Positions 47,063 through 57,441 of a stretch of 64,000 nucleotides of DNA are shown here, in pieces. The DNA is taken from assembly GCA_020891255.1 (NCBI GenBank), contig BQFW01000004.1, forward strand, positions 2,728,001 to 2,792,000, read 5' to 3'. Every line of letters starts with the position of its first letter. Position 1 is the stretch's first letter. A program made the translations under genes and the position numbers. The notes under the pieces are model-generated. The model was not told the DNA's origin and ran no database searches. It saw nothing but the letters and a program-made list of their open reading frames with translations. The stretch comes from Entomortierella parvispora E1425 (Eukaryota; Fungi; Mortierellomycota).

Positions 47063-47136
47063 TGTTTGTACTCGGACTTGAACCGAGGACCGTCTGTGTG
47101 TTAGACAGACGTGATAACCAACTACACCATACAAAC
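47063..47136 (-). tRNA. tRNA-Val(AAC): tRNA-Val (AAC), identical in sequence to 34007-34080
   Basis: Exact reverse complement of the first copy over 74 nt. Confidence 0.97.
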
Positions 47137-47305
47137 ATTCATATTCAGATGAATGTTGGGATCCCAGGTCCGACAAGAAGCTCTGGGTTCTAATCAGATA
47201 TGTCACGTGATATGATCCTGGTTTTTTTTTTGTAGATCACGTGACTATTTGCCGTCCACTGATTCAGAGAGCTCCCAAGAATGACGGGGCCTCAACAAGA
47301 AACAT

Positions 47306-47388
47306 CCGAAAATAGCTCAGTTGGTAGAGCGGGAGACTGTAGTTTGTCTGTCATCTCTAGGTCCCTGGTTCAAATCCGGGTTTTCGGA
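47306..47388 (+). tRNA. tRNA-Tyr(GTA): tRNA-Tyr (GTA) with a 10-nt intron (47343-47352)
   Basis: Acceptor CCGAAAA/TTTTCGG + A, D-arm TAGCTCAGTTGGTAGAGC, anticodon GTA 47339-41, intron after position 37, T-loop GGTTCAAATCC. Confidence 0.95.
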
Positions 47389-48531
47389 TATCTTTTGTCT
47401 CCTCTTTTTTTGAGGAGGACTAGCGTGTCTTCCTGTGCCAAGGAACGACAGGAAGGATAATGGTTTTTTTTGTTTTACTCGGTCAAAAGTCTCCCAAATA
47501 TTGATGTGCCCATTCTCGATCAGGATCGCAAGGTGCGACATAAAGCTGACCGTGGCCAAAGACTGTGGGAGTCCTACTCCGTGTAGGTTTTATACGCCCC
47601 TGTTTATGGTGCCAGTAGATGTGGAATTCAGGAAAGAGTGGAGCGGCAGAGGAGGAGGAAAGCCAGCAGGGTCAATGGTCGATTCTTTTTTTTCTCCTGA
47701 TATTCGCTCTTCTCTCACATACGAACTCCCAAAAAGACATCTTACAACGAATGAGGGCAGCAGTCAGCTCCTTGGAGATTTTGGCGCGCCTCCTTCCGGA
47801 GGCTCAGTTAGGGCTTTCAGCCCCTCACGCGCAGAATACTTGGGGGATTCGGTCCAGGCTGACGCCTTCACCTCGCGCAAGATGGTGGCGAGTAGCGCTC
47901 GCGCTCACTGGTCTGGCGAGTGATGATGGCTGAGCATCTTTTGAGTGATGTGGACAATCATTACTCTGCACTTACCCCTCGAAAGCCATTCTCCTTGACA
48001 GCTATTCTCCTACTTTATCCTGACGTATTTACTTCGCTCCGTGATAAACGAGAGACTGAATGGTTCCCCATATGTTTGGAGTTTCCGCATGTCGTTGCCT
48101 AGCATCAAACGTTCCAAGTGTTGCTGAGTCAGCAAAGGATCGCTGCTTTGGTTCGTCTTTCGGTTATTGCAGAGACATTCTCGCGATCATTGACCGATCG
48201 ATCTTACAAAGATTAGTTGTTGCTAGTGGAAGATTGTTTGATAAGGCGCCATAAAGTCGGAGAGAATGACCTGTGAGTCGGGATTATGATCGGTGGTTAT
48301 GTTAGGGATATCTAGAGGTCGGCTGTCAAGATCATTTAAAGAGGATGAAGATGATGGTATTCAGTAACTTCATTGATTGGAGCGATCATGTCGGCGGATA
48401 GATTGTCATCCAGAACTGGTGATGATTTCTATTAGGAGGCCTGGCATGCCTTTTTTTTTTTTTTGGTCAAGGTTGGGACAAATAGACTATGAGAGATGAC
48501 AAGGAGATTAAAGGATTTTATTGCGGGGTTA

Positions 48532-50723
48532 TCATGAGAAAACGTGGTTCATATCTCCTTCTTGAAGTGCTTCGTACGCGTCTTGGAAACACAGCCTCAC
48601 AGCGTGCACAGCCTCGCCTTGACATGAGGCGGTGACATTAAGATTGACCATGAAAGGATCCATAACTTGAAATACCACGTCGCTCTCGATGGCAGACGCG
48701 GCAGAGTTCCTCCTCGATCCACTGGGTGTGGCAACTGTCCCTGGGTTATATCCGCCACCGCTGCCCTGATGACTAGAAGATGAAGACGACGCTCTCGTCA
48801 TCTCGATCGGCATGAATTTCTTGTGTGTCCGATCAGCTCGCCATCGAAACGCGCCAATCCTGGCATTGACCTCCTTGGACTCGTAATCAAAGACATATCC
48901 AAAGAACCGACAAAACTCCATCAGCAATTCTGCAGCCGACTTTGTGTTCTTGGATCCAAGACCTTGATAGTATTTCCAGTCATGGTCGAATGAACAATCT
49001 ACCCCTTGAACGATCGTATCCTTCAATGGCCGGTCGTCTTCAGAGGGGTTCTGCTGAAGCTTTGGCAAGATGGATGGGTTTTCCGTCTGCAGAAAAGTGA
49101 TCAGCATCAACGTCAGCGCGTAACTCCCAAGAGGGACTGGTTCGTGTCGATCAGCACGGACAGACGGGAAGATCAAATGTCGCTGAACTGCAAGACGTTT
49201 GAGCGCTACCAAAACTGGGCCAAACCGTGGCTCAATTTGAGAATACGTGTGTATGAGCTTTGACCGGTGGATAGAAATTGGGTCGTTCAGCGTCAGATGA
49301 CAGGTGATTCCTGAGGCTGTATCCAGAAAACTGATGCATTGTAATGGTGTTCGACAGTGCCCAGTCATAACGTGTGTCTCCTCATAATGGAAGTGCTTTA
49401 CAGCCTCTTCCAAAGCCGGGAATGTGATGTCTTTGATGTTTCCTGTCAACGTTAGATCCAGATCGCTCTGGTGGGTATATAGTTCTGCAGAGAAGGATCT
49501 ACGAATTCAAAGCCCTTGCAAGTTAGTCACTATCATGAGCTACCGTGGCTGATCCAGTTGCCGTGATCTTTTTCAATTACCCGAGAGCTGTGAGCGAGAC
49601 AAAACAATAGTTGAAATACTCGCTAATTTCAACCTCCAAGTTCTCGATGAACTTTTTAATACTGGTCGTAGTTCCCTTCGATATCGATAATGTCTAAAAA
49701 AGCAGAAGAAATATGTGAGGACGAATTCAAGACAACCGAGGACCCTATATAACATGGAGGAGTTGACCCTTTCCATACCTTGTGCATATTCCAAATAAAC
49801 TCGTCAGTTTTTCGCGTGCGTCGTAAAAGCTCTTTTTCTTTGATAGCTTCCTGTTGACGGTTCCATTCGTCCTGCTGCCGCTGAGTTGCTTCAGATGTTC
49901 TCTTGAGTTCCTCCTGCTCCCGCAACTGCACTTTGTGAATCTTTTTCTGGTTGTATTCGCGCGAAAACTTTTGGACGCCTTCGAGACCCCAGTCAAAGGC
50001 CACGATGCTTCCTTTGGAGCCTGCCATCATCCACTCATCCTGGCGGAGGTAGCGGATTAACGTTGCAATATCATCCTGATAATCCTCGGGCAGATATGCA
50101 TATTCCCAGAGGAACGTCTGAATATCTGTCTTTGACAGTCCTGGGATCACGATAGAATATTCGTCATCTGCTTCTGTATCTGATCCTGGGTGGTGGTGAT
50201 AATGGTGGGTGTGGTGATCATGAAAACCGTGGACACCGTACGCATCGCTGTTCCATGCATGACTTGGAATTCCTAACAGGCCAAGACCATCCTTGTTCTT
50301 TCCGTTGTTCCTTGCCCGTGCTTCTGGTCGCGACGGCTTTGGCCGATCCTGCTTGAAGGAGGATGATTTGAAAGAAGATGACTTGAAAGAAGATGATTTG
50401 AAGGAGGAGGACGACACGAACGAAAGAGCCTCCTCACGCAACTCGACTGTTCCAGGAAATATCTCGTATACACCTCGATCCAGCGCCTCGATATAGTCCA
50501 CAAGGCCAGGTACTGTGTCCAGCTGGTTCCGTGATATGAACTGGTCACAAGGAATGTCCATCAGCTTGCGACGATGCTTGTAAAAGTCCACGACGAATGA
50601 GAACGTGTCTGCCAAATCGTGCAATGACAGGGTGAATCGGCCATCGTCCTTTGCTTGAGATGCCCATTCGAAGAGGACGCAGTCGTAGAGGATGCCGAAA
50701 AAGTGCCTTCGGTTGACCCTCAT
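48532..50723 (-). CDS. Cid1/TENT-like non-canonical poly(A)/(U) polymerase-family protein; exons 49779-50723, 49581-49693, 48532-49498
   Basis: LGSFSAELYTHQSDLDLTL (GS..DxD), LGSYALTLMLITFLQ, AELLMEFCRFFGYVFDY and VMDPF (PAP-associated domain). Confidence 0.85.
50350..50410 (-). repeat. 15-nt coding tandem repeat (SSSFK x4) in the Cid1-like N-terminus
   Basis: SSSSFKSSSFKSSSFKSSSFK in the translation; GAAGATGA(C/T)TTGAAA-like units on the + strand. Confidence 0.85.
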
Positions 50724-51407
50724 TGGTCCCTGTTGAGGTGTTTGTCAATGGGCTCTTTTTGACTAGGACAGGCGACGAGGGTGTCGGTTGCAGACGCAAA
50801 CAGGACGCGGTGCGAGCAGTGAGTGGGTGGGTGGACAGAGGTCCTTTAGTTTCTGTAGTGGCACAAGAGTCTAGTGCGAGGGAGGGAGGGCTGTCCGTGA
50901 GGCGATGTCGCACGGAGGAGCAGGGTGGGGAGGCAGAGAAGGCGCTGGGCCATGGGAAAGAGAAAAAAAACTCTTTTGTTTGGGCAAAGCAGCTGCCATC
51001 GCGAGGGCGTGACTGTCGTGGACCATGCATGGGAGCACCAACGGGCGGCTGGGCGGGGTGCCAAGCGGACACGGCGAACGAGCGCAGGGACCGAGGACAG
51101 AGGCGGGCCTCTTTCTCGCTTGTCCGGCTGTGTGTCTGCGTAGAGGAGAGGGCGGATAGAGAAAAGGCCTTTCGCGTACCTCATTGCTTGAAGGGAATGG
51201 ACGCATTCGCGCTGAGTAATTGATTTCTAACCTGCTCCGGAGTGCGTGCAGGCCACTGACGCACTGAGCCCGCTCCCGGGAGACGTGCTGAGAAAAAGGC
51301 ATTCATTTCGCTTCTTTTCATTTCATTCACCTTCACCTTCACTCTCCACTCTTCATTCCTCTCCACTCTCTTCCATCTCTCAGACCCTGTCCAGTCCCTC
51401 ATCCGTA

Positions 51408-52530
51408 ATGGCACCCTCCTCGGTTTCACCGCAGTTCGACAAGGTCGGCTACTGGTCTCCCAACACCGCCTCTATTGACTGGTGCGAGAACAACTATGTC
51501 GTGACCCCGTACATCGCCGAGTAAGTCAAGATTCCTAGGGAGAATAGGGGCTCATCTGGGACAAGTTTGCTAGTTCCTGACGAGGCACTCTTTCGCAACA
51601 GGTTCTGGAACTCTACATCGAGCATGGCGATCCTCATCCTTGCATCAATGGGCTATTTCGCGTTGCCAAAAGGTGCCCCGAAACGCCACCGCCTCACAAT
51701 GGCCACTTTTGCCATCATTGGCCTCGGATCCGTCCTTTTTCATGGCACGTTGCGGCACAAGATGCAACTACTAGGTACGAAAGACCTACCGGAATGTCAA
51801 CCGACTCATAGATGGTTGTTTGACAATGACACTAATCCTGGGTTCGTTATGCCCTTTGAATCTCTAGACGAGTTGCCCATGTTGTACTCAGCTACAGTGA
51901 TGATGTTTATCTGTATCGAGACAAAGTATGGCAAGCAGGGAGTATGGCTCCGCGCAGTTCTTGCTCTTTGGTTAGGTAGGCGCAAACTTGAAGACATCGA
52001 TCAGTCATCCCTTTACTTTCCTATTTTCTTTGCGAGAACAAAATGTCATTAAAGAGAATGTTTTTTTGCCTCTAGCCTTGACGACCTATATTTTCTCTAC
52101 GACAACCGGAACGATCCAGTCGATCTCCTTCCAAACAAACTACATGTTGATGCAGTTTGGAATGATTTATTACTTGCGTGACTTCCATGTTGAGCGACGC
52201 GCCATTCGACCCAACCCAGACGTCTCGACATTGATCCGTTCCGCATGGCGCTATGCACTGAGCGCAGCCACAGTCTGGCTCGTGGATTATAACCTTTGCA
52301 TTTACATCAACGGCGTGAGTCCCGAATCCTTCTTTAGCTTCAACCCTCAGTTCCATGCCTGGTGGCATTTGTTTTCGTGTGTGGCCGTGTACCACCTGGC
52401 CATCTTGATTATTTACTATCACCACGACATGCGCAACGAGAAGCCTTTCATCACGAAAAAGTTTGGATTTGTCCCTGCAATCACCTTCAACAAGACTGAG
52501 GCCTTGTACAAAAAAAAGAAAAAGCAATAA
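51408..52530 (+). CDS. Alkaline ceramidase (ACER3/Ypc1/Ydc1 family), multi-exon
   Basis: GYWSPNTASIDWCENNY, EFWNS, GLGSVLFHGTL, QLLDELPM, FHAWWHLF; C-terminal KKKQ ER-retrieval-like end. Confidence 0.93.
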
Positions 52531-52618
52531 TGTAGAAAAAGTGCCATTTATTATTTACACGGAGAGGGAGGTGCAGAGTGCTATTAAAGAAACGTTGAAA
52601 AAGGGGATTGCTGTCATT

Positions 52619-53008
52619 TCACAAAGCATGGGTGTGATGGCCGTGGTGGGGATGACGGTGTTCATGTCGCTTCTTGAGGGTGAAAAGGGCGGCCAAGGCG
52701 GCAAGTTTAGAGCCTGTGTTGTTGCGGTGATAATGTCCGTGGGCGTGACCACCTGCAGGTCTTCGCGAAAAAAAGTTTCCTCTCGCACGAGGCTGACCAA
52801 CCGCTGACTGACGGGGCCGTCTGGAAAAGAATCCACCCGTGCGTCGGGTTCTCGGTGCACCAGAAACGCCGCCGTTTACTGCTGTCTGGCCGTGGTGGTG
52901 ATGGTGATGACCATGACGAGGACCGGCGGGCGCGAACATGGCCTTGAGGCGTGTCATAGGGGAAGGTCGGTAGTAAGGATCCACAGGGGCTGTTTGGCGA
53001 CGAAACAT
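52619..53008 (-). CDS. Small His/Arg/Gly-rich orphan protein, 129 aa
   Basis: Intact ORF with tacaacATG context and internal repeat GGFFSRRP/GNFFSRRP; fills the gap between the ceramidase and SIS1 genes. Confidence 0.6.
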   Translation of the reverse strand: MFRRQTAPVDPYYRPSPMTRLKAMFAPAGPRHGHHHHHHGQTAVNGGVSGAPRTRRTGGFFSRRPRQSAVGQPRARGNFFSRRPAGGHAHGHYHRNNTGSKLAALAALFTLKKRHEHRHPHHGHHTHAL

Positions 53009-53494
53009 GTTGTATTTTTTTGTAATAAGGATGAGTCGTAGAGGAATAGATGAGAGGAAAAGAAGGTAGGCTGAAAAAAGTTTTGGATGTGAACAGCTGC
53101 AAGACGTTTTTATACTCGATGTTTAAAATTATCATGGCAATCGTCATGGTGAGCAAAGTTGTGCAGCATGGGTTTGGTCATAAGAAAGCCGAGGCGCCCG
53201 ACTCAAAGCTCCACCGCGCCGCTGACCATGCTCTGATCTCATTTCGACGGCAAGATGTTGACAGTGCTTCGAAGAAGTTAGACTGGCATTGGCCCGTGTG
53301 AGGGCGCGTCATTACATCAACGTTGGGACGCGCCCAAGTATCACGTGCGTGGTGGAACAACTGAAAAAAAAAATTCTCTTGGATCTCATTTTTCTTTTCT
53401 ACTCTACCTCACTCTCTTTTTTTGTCCTCATTGCCTTCCACCCATATCACCCTGCTATCACGACCAATAAGGACTGCATAGACTTGACTCCAAC

Positions 53495-54697
53495 ATGGGG
53501 AAAGATTACTACAAGATCCTAGGGGTGGAAAAGTCGGCCACAGACGACCAACTCAAGAAAGCATATCGAAAGCTTGCGTTGAAATACCATCCGGACAAGG
53601 TGCGCGATCTCGTTGATTCTTTATAACAGAGTCCTTCCCAAAGACCCTTTCATTGCCTGGAATACTTACATCAGGCTTCTTTAACCCGACTCATTGGCGA
53701 GGATGTTTCATAGAACGCAGCACCAGAGGCTCAGAAAAAGTTCCAGGATATTTCAGAAGCGTACGAGGTTCTGAGCGACAAAGACAAGCGCGCCATCTTT
53801 GATCAGTATGGCGAGGATGGATTGAAAGCAGGTGGCGGTGGAGGTGGACCCGGTGGATTCCCAGGTGGCGGTGGATTCAGTGGCTTCCCAGGAGGAGGTG
53901 GTGGAGGTTTCTCATTCTCAACTGGAGGCGGCGGCGGATTCCATCCAACAGACGCTGAGGACATCTTTAAACAATTCTTTGCTTCGTTCGGCGGCGGTGG
54001 AGGGGGAGGCATGGGAGGCATGGGAGGCATGGGAGGCATGGGCGGTATGGATGACGATGATGACATGGGAGGTTTTGGTGGCGGCCATGGAGGCATGCCT
54101 GGTATGGGTGGTCGCGCTCGAGCATATCCACATCAGCGCTCTCAGGCTCCACCACCTCCACCACCAGCCTTGGAGAGAGCTCTGGCCGTCTCACTCGAAG
54201 ATCTGTACAAGGGCGTGACAAAGAGACTCAAGGTGACGAGAAAGGTCAGCGGAACTGGTGGTCGCTCATCTGACAAGATTCTGACGATCGATGTGAAGCC
54301 CGGTTGGAAGGCTGGAACCAAGATTCGATTTCCACGGGAAGGGGACGAGTATCCGAACGGGACAATTCAGGATATCGTGTTTACACTGGAGGAAAAGCCC
54401 CACCCCACGTTCACTCGACGCGGTGATGATTTGGTTGTGGAGGTAGAGCTGAGCCTGATCGAGGCCCTTTCAGGGTTCTCCAAGACCGTGAAGACTCTGG
54501 ATGGAAAGACACTGCCAATCTCTGCCAGCAGTTCCAGGGTTATCCAGCCTGGCCAAGAAGAGCGATTCCCAGGTGAGGGCATGCCCATCTCGAAGAAGCC
54601 CGGGCAGAAGGGAGATCTTGTGGTCAAGTATGTGGTCAAGTTCCCTACGTCGCTGACCGCAGCACAGCGGGAGGGCCTGAAGAAGGTGCTCGCCTAG
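53495..54697 (+). CDS. SIS1: Type II Hsp40 co-chaperone (Sis1/DNAJB), 2 exons
   Basis: [10 protein letters not shown]...LKYHPDK J-domain, G/F and G/M regions, [21 protein letters not shown]. Confidence 0.96.
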
Positions 54698-55074
54698 AAC
54701 CTAGGAAGGAGTATGGCCATGGAAGGTATATGGCCATGTAGATAGGGTGAGGGAGTAGAAACGCAGGCAATAAACACAACACGTGATCCATCCCATCGCT
54801 CAACTGAGGCAGGCAGTTGTCCCACGCTGATTGGTCGCCGCGGGGTGTTCGTCTCCCCTCTGCTCTGTGCCACTCAGCGCTCTCCACCCCACTCGAGGGA
54901 ACCAGGTCGCGCGCTCTTCGCCTTCCTATCTTAATTAGTCCCAGCCCTCTGTCTCTTTCCTTCTTTCCTCTTCTCTTCTTTCCCTTCACCCCTTCACCCT
55001 TCATCACCCTCGTTCCTCTCTCTCTCCTTCCCTCCTACCCCCTTGGCAAGCCTCACCGAGTTCTATATTCGACC

Positions 55075-57186
55075 ATGGCTGGATGTAAGTCGACCAGTCC
55101 CCTCTCTCGCTCACCGAGTTTGCTCGGTCCTGGCTGCTTGCACACGCGATCAGCCCCTGATCCTGATGCTTCATCAAACAGACTTCATCAGCCTCATCTG
55201 GCCATCTCTGGTCGATGAACCTCCCTTTCGACAAGATACAACTTCTCTTTACTGACTCTTCTCCTTGACTCCCTTGTTCTTCGTGCACATAGTCCGCTTC
55301 CTTCATCTGATCAGGCCATTCATGGCTGTCCTGCCCGAGATCGCCGCCCCTGAGCGCAAGGTAACGCATTGGCCGATGGACATTGAAGCAGCAGAAGGAC
55401 CTTGAGCTTGATCTCCAAAGAGGGCCATGAGCCTGTCAAAGGATCAAAAGCAGGACGACGGCGAGATTGCTGATCAATGAACAATGTGGCGAGATGACGA
55501 CTGTGGAGAAGGCAGATGGGATCGTGCTCGGGCGAATCGCACGTCGACAGGGGTGGGGAGAATTTTGTGCACCCAAAGAGTCTACTCGATATTCATACCG
55601 TCCCCATCCCACCGCTGGATCCCATTGCCAACGATCGGCCATTTTGCTCCAACGCCGAGAATGCCTGTGTGGTTGCCTTATTAACACCCGTTCTCTTTGC
55701 GCTCTCATAGATCCCCTTCAGGCAAAAGGTTCTCTGGACTGCCGTCACCCTCTTCATCTTCTTGGTCTGCTCTCAGGTCCCCTTGTACGGTATCATGTCC
55801 TCCGACTCCTCGGATCCTCTTTACTGGATGCGTGCTATTCTCGCTTCCAACCGTGGAACCCTCATGGAACTCGGTATCACCCCTATTGTCACCTCCGGCA
55901 TGTTCATGCAGCTCCTCGCTGGCGCCAACCTCATTGAGGTCGATTACAGTCTCAAGGAGGATCGTTCGCTCTTCAACGGTGCCCAGAAGTGTAGGTCTAC
56001 AAATTTCTGCAGCTGATTTTGCAGCTGATCTGGCTCTTGATTTCGATTCCTTTTTTTTTGTGCAGAGAAAAGCGCAGGCTTCTGACTCTCATGCTATCTT
56101 CATGTTTTCCTTCCAGTGTTTGCTGTTTTGATTGCCTTTGGTCAGGCCACTGTCTCGGTCATGAACGGATTGTACGGCCCTCCTTCCGAGTTGGGTGCTG
56201 GTATTTGCTTGCTCTTGATCCTTCAGTTGGTTGTCGCCGGTGTCATTGTTGTTCTTCTGGATGAGCTCTTGCAGAAGGGCTATGGTCTCGGCTCTGGAAT
56301 CTCTCTTTTCATCGCCACCAACGTTTGCGAGACCATCCTCTGGAAGGCCCTCAGCCCCACTACCTACAACGTCGGCAACGGTCCTGAGTTTGAGGGTGCC
56401 TTGATTGCTCTCTTCCACTTGCTCTTCACCCGCTCCAACAAGTCCCGTGCTTTGAAGGAGGCTTTCTACCGCCAGAACTTGCCCAACGTCATGAACTTGT
56501 TGGCCACCGTCTTGATCTTTGGAATCGTCATCTACCTCCAAGGATTCCGTGTTGAGCTCCCCGTCAAGTCTTCTCGTTTCCGTGGCCAGCGTGGAACCTA
56601 CCCCATCAAGTTGTTCTACACCTCCAACATGCCCATCATGCTGCAGTCGGCCTTGACCTCCAACTTGTTCATGATCTCCCAGATGGTCCACACTCGCTTC
56701 CCCGAGAACATCCTTGTCCGTATCCTCGGTACCTGGACTCCTTACCAGGGCACCAACCAGATGATTGCCTCCGGTGGTCTCGCCTACTACATCTCCCCCC
56801 CTCACAGCATCACTGAGGCTCTCTTGGACCCCATTCACACTGTTGTCTATGTCACTTTCATGTTGACTGCCTGCGCTTTGTTGTCCAAGACCTGGATCGA
56901 GGTCTCTGGCTCTTCCCCCCGTGATGTTGCCAAGCAGCTCAAGGACCAGAACATGGTCATGGCTGGTCACCGTGATGCTTCCATGTACAAGGAGTTGAAG
57001 CGTGTCATCCCCACCGCCGCCGCTTTCGGTGGTGCTGTCTTGGGTGCCGTGTCTGTCTTTGCCGACTTGATCGGCGCCATTGGCTCCGGTACCGGTATCC
57101 TCTTGTGCACAACCATTATTTACCAGTACTGGGAGATGTTTGTCAAGGAGAGCATCGAGAACTCTGGCGATGCCCTTGCCTTTTAA
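55075..57186 (+). CDS. SEC61: Sec61 translocon alpha subunit, 4 exons
   Basis: [89 protein letters not shown]. Confidence 0.98.
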
Positions 57187-57441
57187 TTGAAAGTAGAGAG
57201 TTTTCTACAACCACACACATAATGTATATATACAAACGAAATAAAAAAAAGAGAAGCACTCTTTTGCACCATCATTTCTTCTGTCGCCTATCTCCTTGTT
57301 TGCTCAAGGTCCTGCAGTGAAAAGAATGAAAACAAAAAAAAAAAAAAAAAATACACAATCGATTTATTACATCTCTAACTTCCTCAACATCTTCCCCCCT
57401 TTGTCTCCCTCAATTATTCTTTCTGCCGGTTCTAGTCCTCT

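Noticed and set aside
47435-48250. 162-aa and 104-aa ORFs, and a GTGATGA...CTGA box C/D-like pattern downstream of tRNA-Tyr
   Set aside because: No recognisable domain, no codon bias, and no terminal stem or identifiable rRNA guide.
51140-51300. GC-rich, possibly structured stretch in the Cid1-like/ceramidase divergent promoter
   Set aside because: No match to recalled snRNA, SRP, RNase P/MRP or U3 signature motifs.
54000-54110. GGCATGGGA tandem repeats
   Set aside because: Ordinary G/M-rich linker of Sis1-type Hsp40.
55361-55710. Inverted 8-mers (TGGCCGAT/ATCGGCCA) in SEC61 intron 2
   Set aside because: About one such match is expected by chance in 350 nt.
56089-56970. 293-aa antisense ORF over SEC61
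   Set aside because: Same codon-bias shadow effect.
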